Shown here: positions 34,070 to 45,391 of the stretch, in pieces | How the letters are laid out: each line of letters opens with the position of its first letter | How positions within the stretch are numbered: the first letter of the stretch is position 1 | Source of the DNA: Balanoglossus misakiensis | Lineage: Eukaryota; Animalia; Hemichordata | Direction of reading: 5' to 3' | Length of the DNA stretch: 64,000 bases | Assembly: GCA_040954595.2 (NCBI GenBank) | Contig: CM082576.2 | Coordinates: 17,779,028-17,843,027 of the forward strand | Position numbers and translations under genes: made by a program | The notes under the pieces: generated by a model | The model's input: only the letters and a program-made list of their open reading frames with translations | Databases searched by the model: none | Told to the model about the DNA's origin: nothing

Positions 34070-35569
34070 CATATGACCTTTCAACCTAGCCCGGGCCTCT
34101 CTAGCGCCAGGATGAGGGTTAGTCGAGTTGGAACTCGCCAAAATGGCTGCCAGGCAACCGTGAGTAGCATCATTTTTTTCAGGATTTTCTTATTATTTTC
34201 ATGAAAAAAAGTGGTAAACCGGAGAAGTCTATCGTATCGACATAAGTTTTCATAATTACCAGTGTTTCAGGCGTTTTCCGCGTAAATTTGAGTTAAAATT
34301 AAATGATTATGCTATTTGTTTATATAGCAGACGACAAAATATTGTAAACAATAGAAACGCCGGTAATGTTAGCCTACTGTAAACCGGGAAATTTTCACGA
34401 CTGATATTTTTCGCGATATCAAAAGAGGTAACTGTTACGCGAGTATTAATTTTCACGTTCTCTTATTTCATTGCATCGTTATCTCCAAAAAATACGCGTC
34501 TTTTTATTTTCAGTTATTTTGTTTTTTTGTGGGGGAAGCTCTTGCGTAGTTCGCGAACATTTATCGTTCGCGAAAATTTTACGTTTAGTAAATTATATTT
34601 TTTGAATTTTGTTTTGCAAAGTTAAAACATACTAGTTAGTATTTTTTTCCAATACTAATTTTAATGTTTTACGCCAGTTTTCAGCTGGAAATCGTGGACG
34701 CTGCAAACAATAGTAAGCGAACTGTAATTGAAGTGGAGAAAGAAATTGCAGATTTGTTGAAATCGCCAAATCTTGGTGAGTATTGCCTTGTAGACTTGTC
34801 TCTATGCATAATTGTATTGCGCGTTTTTGCCCTGTAATAATAATATGCAGCAAGTGTTAGTCGGTCGATAGCCGGGATTGAGATGTCAAGCATTGAACTA
34901 AGTTTTGTTTATGTTTACCATTTTCGTCAACAAATAACACTATTCATTGAAGAACAATATTTATAGGATAGAATGGTAAAATGGAGAGAAAGTAACTTGC
35001 CGACCAAGTCCTGTATTTGTTTACATTGAGTCAGCTGGTAGTAGCGACCCTGGCCCAGTAGCAACAGGAAGCTTTGTAATTTGCACTGATACAATGTAAC
35101 CTACCATTGATGTCACAGTGACCCTGGAGCTCCAGGGTGTGTATATGAAGTGCAGCCCCCCCCCTCTCTATCTATAACTATAGTGTTGTAAGGTACCATG
35201 ATGATTATTATGTGAAGCATATTGATGATGTATTTTTTTCTAATATTGTTGTTGATTTAATTTTTATAAATGTTCGCCAACAATTTCTGATTCCAAAGTC
35301 AAATTAATTGTTTAAAAATAATACAGTCAAGGTTATACAAGAACATGTATGTACATGTCTTTACAAAAATAATTGATAAATGTATATGGCCACTGTGATC
35401 TGCAAGCATACATTTGAAACCATAGAAATTCCATACATTTTAGAAAAAAAACCTTGAAATTCTTAAAGCAGTTTAGATATTTGAAGGGTACTATTACAAG
35501 ATGCTGGGGTTGTCCTTTCATAACATCCTTGAAATTGATTATAACAGCATTAATCATTGTATGTTTCAG

Positions 35570-36418
35570 ATGCTAAAATCAAACAGGCAGTTTTGAACCA
35601 GGCCATAGCTGCACACAATGGAGAACAAAAAAGTCAACAAGATCACAACAATGAAAAAAATACCAACAATAGTACCAGTGATGAAACAAGAATAACACAG
35701 CAACATCAACCAAACCAAAAAGATCGACCAGAACCTAAGGTTGTACAGAACACTGAACATTTGAGTACAAGTAATATTGATAAAGTCCATATTTGGACAG
35801 AGAGGGAAGAAAGTTTGTTAGTAGTATTGCGTACAGATATGGAAGATGTCTTCAAACAAAATGTAAGACATGAGAAGTTGTGACAAAAAAATTGTTACAG
35901 AAATGAAAAAATCTGATGTGCTTGTGTATGTTGTACAGGCAAGAGATAAATGGAAAAATCTAAAAAAATCATATATGGAAGTTGTCGACAATAAACGGAA
36001 AACTGGTGCCAAAAGAAAAACTTGTCGACACTATGCTGAATTTAACAATCTATATGGAACAAAAGAATCCACACATCCTACATGCACAATTGATTCTCTC
36101 GACATCAACGACAAGACTGACAAGACTAAGGACATCGACAAAACGACAGCGACAGACATGACAATAGACATGAGTACTACATCAACCACAGAAAGACAAG
36201 AAAGTACAGATGTCATTCATGTGACACCAAGTGCCTCGAGAAAAAGAAAGAAAACATCAGACAGGGTTTCTCCCCAAGACAAATTATTATCTACCATATC
36301 AAAGATGGAAAAGAAAAATGATGATTTGTTTAAAATAATGGAAAAACAACACACAGAAAAAATGAAAAGAATGGACAGAATGTTGGATCTGTACGAACGC
36401 TCTTTAAAAAAGAACTAA
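35570..36418 (+). pseudogene. Harbinger Myb/SANT-like (trihelix) DNA-binding protein, main exon; disrupted
   Basis: WTEREESLLV...HEKL*...KIVTEMKK...QARDKWKNLKKSY plus a C-terminal coiled coil. A TGA and a frameshift fall near 35881-35892. Confidence 0.85.
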
Positions 36419-36928
36419 ATATAATTAATACATTTGTACATGTATTAACCCGGTATGTGTTTCCTAGCTTTTGCCTGTTAGTATACAATAACTTGTGTAT
36501 AGTTGAATGTTTAGAAACATGTAATTTTAAGGAAATGAAATTTTCCATGTGATAACAAAAATGAATTTCACAGATTTTAAATGAAAATTATATACATGAT
36601 TAATAATCTGCAAAAAAAGAAGAAATCAAAATTGTTTATAAATACCTAGTGTACTTTTTAAAAACATTTAAGCTTTTACCAGTTTACAGTTTTACAGTTT
36701 TTACAGTTTAGTGTGTACTAGTTGATTTCAACATATTTTAAGGTGATAAACAGAATTATTTCATGTTAACTTACATCACTGAGATTGACAAATGTAAATA
36801 GATAAATATATTACTAAAATCGATCTTAAACCAAAGTTTGGGTACCACATCTGTTATTGATCTTTAAATATTAATATTGAATTGATATTTTATTGTATTA
36901 TATTAATAATATATACATGCAATGATAT

Positions 36929-37389
36929 TTATAATGAACACCTATTGCCTGGCCATGAGGGCCATAGCGGCCGTTTATTACACCCGAGGGGCTGTGAGTT
37001 ACCAGAATCATATGCTATTTCCCGAGGCCGCAGGCCGAGGGAAATAGCATATGATTCTGGTAACTCACAGTCACGAGGGGGTAAAAACGGCTGCTATGGC
37101 CCGAACATAGGCCAGGCTATAGGTGTTTTATAATAAACCTCATGCTAACAGCTGGGAAAATCTTGCAATTTTCTCTTGAGGTTGGCAGACGACATCTTCC
37201 GCGGTGGCCATTGTGTCAGACGACGCGACGCTGATTGACGTGACCGAGTCTGCGCACTCACGCTGGTCACGTGACCGGTTTATATTTTTTCTGCTATTGC
37301 CCTGTAGGGTTCATAGTCGATTCTATTTTCCTATCACGTGACGGATTCTGGCGAATCACGGCACAGTATTAGCATGAGGTATATTATAA
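36929..37389 (-). mobile_element. Non-autonomous Crypton-like element, copy 2
   Basis: TTATAA at both ends and at the internal junction (~37128-37133); ~200-bp terminal hairpin; subterminal inverted repeat CCTCATGCTAA / TTAGCATGAGG. Confidence 0.7.
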
Positions 37390-37912
37390 TTGTATTTATT
37401 GAATGTACAATATTTATATTATTTATAAACATGAGTTCATTAATGAATTTCACAATTGTTACAAACTATCTTGACAATAAATGGATATTATGTACTAATG
37501 TGAAAAGTGTGCTGTATTTTCCTCCAAGACAGTCTTCGGACATTTTGTTCAAGTTCTGATACTTAAAACAAACAAAAAAGCACATAACATCCATATGAAT
37601 TATTTGAATAATATTTTAATATAAATAACAAATGAGTACAATGAAACACTTTAATATAAATAACAAATGAGTACAATGAAACACTGTCATCAAAAAATTT
37701 CACTAATGCTTTTTCTATGGACAAAATCTTTCAATACTGTTCATTTCAAAATTACACAGAGTGGCCTTTCAATTTTATTTCATCACTGTTAGTGTTATAA
37801 ATTTATTTATTTATTTTGACTGAGCTTTGTGCAAATATTAATGAAAATGAAAAAAGTAATGTAATCCTATGGGAAGGGGAAATTTCCATTTGTGCATAAC
37901 ACTTGTACATCC

Positions 37913-39516
37913 TTAAGGCAACATATTCATCAACATTTGCCGCCTGGCAATACCACCTACTGCGTTCTCATGAATATTTTCATACTGGTTTGGATTAATT
38001 AACAATTCTGGATCCAAGTCAATATATGCTTCAATGTCATCCTCATGAATTATGCACAAATTATGCAGGATACAAGCTGCATATATCATGTGACCTACGT
38101 CTTCTGCATTGTGCATTGGCAGTTCTCTTAGTCTACGCATACGTCCCTTTAAATGTCCAATGGCTCTTTCTACATTCTGTCTACAAGAAGACAGATGTCT
38201 GTTAAAACGTCGTTGTTGAGCGTTCAAATGACCATTATCTCGGAATGGTGTTATAAGCCAGTCTCTGAGAGGATAAGCAGAGTCACCAATTACAAAACCT
38301 TCAGGCATTATGATTCCATGGTGCTCAGCTTTAGCGTACAGTGTCGAGTTTCGTAAGACACGTGCATCATGGGCACATCCTGGCCATCCAGTATATGCAT
38401 TTGTAATCAGCAGTCTATCATCAATTACAATCTGGAAATAAACATAAATTAAGAAGTGTCTTTATTTTACTATCTAAAATTGTATATTGTATTATTGAAA
38501 AAATCTACAAAAAAGGAATTTACTGTGCAACTATATAAAGTATACATCAAAACAGGTCCAATATCATTCTAGATAAACATTTTAATAACCATGAGTGACT
38601 GAATGTCCAGTATTATGCTTCTCACATGGCAATGTTGTTGTTGTTGAAAATGAATTAATCATCAACATTTAGTTATGAGATTAAAAAAACTTGAAAATAA
38701 CTTTTAAAATCACTGTTGATAATAATGTGTTTACCTGAAGCTGCATTGATGGATATCCCTTCCTGTTGACAAAGTCTTGATCTCCACCAATACACGAACC
38801 AAGTCTTACATGTGTGCCATCCATAAGTCCAACAACTCCCTGGAAACCATAGTTTAACTGAAACTCCTGGGAGATTTGATGTTGCCTTTCATGGTCTGGC
38901 CAACTGATAACCTTTATATAAAAATATCAATCAGAAGCATTAATATCTGTAACTATTGTCGATAAGTTTTGTTACAGACGAATGTAGACAAATTTAAACA
39001 TACATGTAATGTTCACTGAACACACAGATACAGAAAAGGAATAAAAAGGTGATTTCTTACATTTCTGAGTCTTGCGATAATAACCCTGGTAACTCTCCTT
39101 ATTACACCATGCACAGTAGACTTTGAGACATTGAAAATCTGACTGACTTCTCGCATTGACTCTTGATTTACAATGTACTAGATAAACATAAGCAGCTGTT
39201 TCTCATGAGTTACATCGGACCTTCCTCCAGCATGTTCTGTTACCAGTGCACCGTCGATTTGGTTAAGCATAAAATCAAATATGCCACGACATATGCGGAA
39301 ATTTACGCAGAAGTCTTGCAGAGTGTACATGGGCACAACTTCTTCAGCAAAATTCCTAATCCGAGGAACAAATTTTCGTCTAAAAAACAGAGCTGTCAAT
39401 ATCGGAAAGATGGTCGAGTTTGTTGTAAGTTGAGTAGCAACTTCTAGAGTTGGATCGTGATCGGCGAAGTCTAAAAATTTATGCAAAAACAGAAAATCGG
39501 CGAAATCGTCCGCCAT
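37913..39516 (-). pseudogene. Harbinger (HARBI1-like) DDE transposase, three exons, premature stop
   Basis: Exons 39516-39061, 38911-38735 and 38431-37913. Motifs GLMDGTH, NRKGYPS, GWPGCAHDARV, GDSAYPL and VERAIGHLKGR. In-frame TAG at ~39178. Confidence 0.92.
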
Positions 39517-39656
39517 ATTTGTTTACATCAGGTTGTCACTCGACACAGTTCATTTGAAATCTCCCGGCGGGTTACACATTTGCGCATGCTTATTAGAGTC
39601 AGATGACGTAGGCATATCTTACTCGGGTTGCTACTCGGGTCACAATCGAACTCAGC

Positions 39657-40170
39657 GCGTCTGGCGACGTCGCCTCGAAATCCGTCATGTCGGATTTTCG
39701 GGCAACGAGTAACGTGACGCGCAAGCGATTGCCCCATGTTACCAGATATACCTCAATACATGTTGACATATGCACATGCGAAAATGGTATTAATTTGTTA
39801 TTTTGCGAACCAGAAACTAGCTGTAGACTCCGGAAAATATTGGGTATAATAAGTATTTGCTATGAAATAGGACAATGGTATATAATAGTTAAATTTTCCA
39901 ATATAAACTCAAGTTTTGTGAAATAACATTTCAATTAAAAAATTTTTCTTTCCTGTGACGGTACGGAAATAAACTACTGTTAATTTCCGTGAAAATTGGC
40001 ACTTCAATTGGAATGTACTTGGTCCAGCTTGCCATTTCAACAATATCAGATTTTAACTTTTTTCGTCAGGTTCATTGTGTTTTTTTTTTTTTTTTTTTTT
40101 TTTTTTGGGGGGGGGGGGTGCGTAACCAAATATCATAACCAAATTTCAGAGTAAGAAAACGTCAGATTAT
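39657..40170. repeat. Truncated relative of the 15753-19358 Harbinger-type element (inverted orientation)
   Basis: GCGTCTGGCGACGTCGCCTC...CCGTCATGTCGGATTTTCGGGC onward matches the reverse complement of ~18900-19259. Confidence 0.75.
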
Positions 40171-43100
40171 AATTATTGTCCACAGTTCACTTTCTTTCTT
40201 CCGTATGGTATCAATAAAACATGAAAGACAAAAGAAACTTTCACGAGTGAATAGATTTTGTATTTGCAATGACGGCAGTCACCGAAAACGAGAACCATTT
40301 CCTTTTGCAATGTAAATTTAATAACGTTTTAAATTATCTTCCACCCCGGTACTCCACAAACCCGAATCTAGATAAATTTGGAATTGTGCCGTATTTATTT
40401 CCTCATCACAGACTCCCTCGCCAAGCGTACATCATGAACAATTTAGGCAGAAATAATTGGGCCACATCAATTACTAGTACATTTTGTTTTCATATAGGTT
40501 GGGCTATGTCTGGGTGGTGCAAGAAGCTGGAAATAAAAATTCGAGTTGATTTTTTTTTTTGGTTCTGTTAACTTCTTTCTCTGTAATATCTGAGTAATCG
40601 ATTGACAGAGAATGTTACTGTAAGTCTATTTTCTGAATATGAAGCGGTGGCCTTGAAAAATAGGCCTAATAAAGCATTGTTGTTATATGCGGCAAGTCTG
40701 GCCGTTGGAAATCAGGCTTGCTCAGCGTGGCTGATGTAACCTTCCCACAAGTTACAAAAAGTAGAAAGTGTTATAATGTCATACACGAGTACGAGCGCTT
40801 TTTCTTCCTCTCTGGGGCTTGGGCCTGGAAGTAAAATCTGAACACTCCATTAGCCCTACGGAACGTTTCAAACAATTTGCTCGTTCCAATCAGTTTATGT
40901 CGAAATGGAAATACTATTCTTCAAATACATTTTCCTATAACGTGTTTCACCAAAGGGCGAAACACTTAAAACGTTTATCTATCAACGGGAACGATGGCGA
41001 ATTTTGTTTCTTCATAACGAGAGTGATGGAACTCTTCGATGATTTGTTTCTATCGGTCCGATGGGCCGATTCCCGGAAGACACGTCACCACAAGAGGGCG
41101 CACTATGCAGGCTACTCGGGAAAGCTCTGAAAGAATGCATGAAAACCAAAAGAATTTGTCCGCTCAATTCAATACAACGCAGTAAATACGTGACCCATCA
41201 CCTCTTTGTTTTAAAGCAGATGTGTGTTTACGCATGTAAGTACATTCAATGACAATGGTGTTTGCAAGGAAAACTTGACAAAATAAGTCAATTGTATTCA
41301 TTTCTATATTTCTAGAAAATCATGAAAACATTTTGGTAACATGTACATAATATATCATCTTACTCGAAGGCACACAAGCAATGAACAACACGTTGTCCCC
41401 TCGTTTATATAGGTCAAACTTTTAATTTTTAGTAATTTTGCTTTGTGTATCTGCTGTTTCTAATTCCAGAAAGTGTGTGGTGACGCAATTTTATTTATTT
41501 TTTTCCCCTTCAAGTCAGTTTTATAGTTTTATCAATATAGTCACATGTATACTGTTCATGCAGTCACTGATCACGCGCCCCTAAGTGTCCAGTGTTTTAT
41601 AGATATAGCTGAAACAGTTCGAGTATGCCGTTGCCGTCACCAAAAACCAGAAAAAAGGGGCGACGCGCTGTTATTCAAGTGACGCGGGCGCTGACCAGAG
41701 GCATTTCATTTTTTTTGCCTTATCAGATGATTTTGTCTCTTATTTGTTTTTTGGATAATATTGTCTAAGTTGTCTAAGGCAGAGCGTGTCAGGAGCATGC
41801 GCAACATGTGTAGTTTGACAATGTGTGGCGCTTTGAAAGGCATATCATTGATGTCAGTGCAGCCATGCAAATTTGATTGTTTATATGCATGGTTGTATAA
41901 CAGTGGTGACATGGTAAAGAATTTGACCAATCAAAAATAACTTTACGAGAGAGTGCTGCATAACTACGCAATCTTGGAAGGCTGTTCCTGATTGGTGAGG
42001 GTTTTTTGACAGCTCAATCTGCATGCTACCAACAACTGTATTCTGTTTGCTTCACCTGTAGTTATTTCCTTTACACCTCCTTGCAATGTCATTTTCACTT
42101 CTGTCTATTTAGCGTATCGCTCAGGGTATTTGCATAACAATAAAACCTTGTCGTTGATGTTCAGTTCGTTTATCGTTCTCCCTTCTGTCCACACGCCTTC
42201 ATATTCCTTCCACAAACATTCCCTAGCTTTATATTTTTTCTCGATTTATTAGTTCTTAGTTTAGTTTTATTGCATTTCCCAGTTCATTTTCATTATCATA
42301 TTTCATAGTTTAGATCAGTATTAGTTAGATATAGAATTTGTTTTCATTCAGTTATCGTTTACAGTCGCATTTCTTTCAAATTTCTTAGTCATTTAGTTAG
42401 ATAGATTAGTTTATTATATTAGTTCCGTTTATTATTAGATTTTTAGTTAGTATATTTTCTTATTTCAGATTAGTTATAGTATAGTATTTTTAGATGGTTA
42501 GAAAGTTAGTTAGATAGTTAGTTGCTCAGTAGTTAGTTTCTTAGTTATAGTTTCAATATTAGTTTTTCTTCATTATTTTTGCTGTCCCTGGGCCAAAAGA
42601 TTGAGATAAGTATAATATATATTGTTAATGATTTTTCCTTGTGTTTGCGCGCAACTTCCCTTATGTAGCTGCCAGGGCCCTGTATTATATGTTCTGGTTC
42701 GCGTTGTGCATGACATATCCGTCTTGTACCAAGAGAATCCATAAGCAAGTAGGTTGTAAAGAAAGAACGGCAGGGTTTTTGTTGCGACAATTTGCTATGT
42801 TTTCTGCTTGAGTCAGGCCTACGTGTTGGAATAATGGCAGCCGGACGTATTCGACATTGAGTGCAGTAATGCCAAAACAATACATTGTTCAAAGCAGCAA
42901 GTCGGACCAATTGATATTATAAGAATGTCAAGATTTACATGAACCCTAAAGGCAGACCAGGGCCTCAATAATTGACTATCTCCATACAGTAGAACTAATA
43001 ACATGGTCTAAACATTAGCGTCGAATGAAATAGTAAGTATTGTGGCACACCGTACACCATGAATAGAACCACGTGGAAGACAGCAGCTGAGTATAAATTA

Positions 43101-45391
43101 CAATCTGTACAAGCGCTTTCAATTTGTCTTTTCCCATAGGATTGCTGGAAAACCCGCGTCTGCTATTGTCATTTTCATGAACGTTTAGGTCTAAACATAG
43201 CTCAGCCAAATGAATAAAAATTGAATGGTTGAAAACAATTGAATGGCAAACGCGCTCAATTTCGAGATAAACTCCGTTGAATATATTCACCCATGGGAAA
43301 AACGGAAAAAAATGTTGCCTCGGTAGTTTTTATTATTTTTATGATCGACTAAATTCACCACCTTGATGTCGGAGCTCAGTGAGTGCCCTCGAGCGATAGG
43401 TTTTCCAGTCTTAGAATATCTAAACGTTAACACACCAAGTTTTCTGCCAGCTGTTTGATTTGTAATTTTCTAGGGTTGAACACCGGTCGTGCAACATATA
43501 GCTGCAATGACTTTGTGGTGCAGTTCGTTTGACTTGTAGATAGCCTTTCTCGGTCAGTATTTTGCGAGACAAACATGTTAAACTCGGTTGTCTGCATTGA
43601 CAATCCCATAAATAATATGGCATCGGCCAGTGCAGACTCATGTTCCCGTCCGCAGTTCATTTTCAATATTACATTTTGTATTTATTTATAGTACAGTCTT
43701 ATTATAGCCAGAGCACGCCCTTAACGGCGTTGACCTTTGACCTGTCAAAAAAGCACTCTTGAGCGCATCGCGCAAATCGGGGTCATGCATGATAGAGGTC
43801 ACAATGTGTCGTCGGTGCATCGACAGAAGTAATATTTATATTGATTTATTGACTTGTCAACTTGAGTTATACCGAGATGAATCAAGGAGTCATGGTCCAA
43901 GCAATGATGAGACAGGTACAAAACAGTTTTCAGCCACGATATGATGTGACCCACGACTAACCCAAACCAAGCCCAAACGTTGCTCTGCGTACAGCCTGCG
44001 TACAGCCCCCCCCCCTGCAGCCTTCCAATTTTTGAGAACCCCCCCCCCTTGATTCCTCCGACCCCCCCCCCCCCCAGGCCATAAATAATGACGGTTCCCT
44101 TAGACAGCTTCAAGTTGTGATTATAATGGTGGGCCTGTAATTCCTCATTATAACCAGTAAACTAGCACAATTTACTGTCTCAGACTTGGACAATTTACAC
44201 CGCTATCAATATTCAACTTGCATGTTAGCTTATGTTAAAACAAGGAAACAGACCAGTTTGGTACCAGTTTATTTGAACTAGTGAAATTTGTTGTATTGTC
44301 ATCTTTTAAAGTTGGCATATGAATATCGGCTCTTTATCTCTACTTGGAGCTTGGTGGATACCAGTAGACTGAGTGTCTGTCCTCCTGCATGTTAATACAA
44401 GTTCAATCACATGATACAGAGGTTCCATTTGAATATTCTCCTGTGCGTACTTCAATATGCATACAGAGTTTACTAAATGCATAAATGTAACAAAGTTGGG
44501 TAGGCAATTGAAAGCCTGAATAGAACAGAACACCACTGTACAGGTACATTATAACAAAGTTTTATCTAAATATCAATGTCATGTTGCCTGAGTGAAAATT
44601 GTAACATTTCTGTGCATATCTGCATTATTTTCATTTGTAAGCCTCGCTGAATACAATTTGCAAATTTGCACTGGTGTTGAATGCATCCTTCATTATCTTT
44701 GTGTAATTATGGCCAGACATTGTGAAATGCGCAGGATTTTGCATTAACAGAACCACTTATGGATAGGACTTAAAATCTTTATGGCAATGTAACTGTAGCC
44801 ATATTGTACATGACTTTATGTAACAAATAATTTGTTGTCATACTGATATATGTTTTCTGTTCAAGTTTGAGTGCATGAGAAGGCTATCTGTGTCATGGGT
44901 GTACTGCACGATCGAGTTGCATATATTCATCTTCATGGGCATTCAAATACACAACAGCGCCCTCTAGAGGTTGGCTATGTAGATGTCAAACTCACGAGCA
45001 TAAACAGTTAAGCAACATAAAGGAAAAATTGGTATTTTTGTTGGAAAATTTGCATATTTATAATTTTCAAGTAAACTACACATTTATCCCCTGAAACTAA
45101 TCACACAAGTATTATGGTACGAGTTATTGGACTTCATTTAGCGTACATCTGACTTTGATCAACAATTTTTTCAAGTAATAATTTGAAGTTCATTTGTAAC
45201 TTGGATCAACTATTTGTCGTCCTTTAAAACTGTGCTTATCTTGGGTTTTATAAAGTACCTTGATCCATCGTTCTATACTAGTATGCAGTAAATGTGTCCT
45301 TGAACAAAATGGCATGACATTGACACTGACAGTTTTCAACATTTCAGTTTCAAGGATTTGCTAATACTATTTTTTGTATAATTTGAACTAG

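Larger units (their letters stand above)
12053..39656 (-). mobile_element. PIF/Harbinger transposon B (two-gene, decayed), expanded to 27.6 kb by nested insertions
   Basis: 36-bp perfect inverted match between 12054-12089 and 39621-39656. It contains a HARBI1-like transposase and a convergent Myb/SANT gene. The last base of the right TIR and the TSD are missing. Confidence 0.88.

Noticed and set aside
40200-43400. Short ORFs and a low-complexity TTAG tract, possibly decayed retroelement
   Set aside because: Only an isolated ENENHFLLQC motif is recognisable, which is not enough to classify.
43731-43743. TGACCTTTGACCT, a perfect nuclear-receptor DR1 motif upstream of the orphan gene
   Set aside because: A single short motif with no functional evidence from sequence alone.
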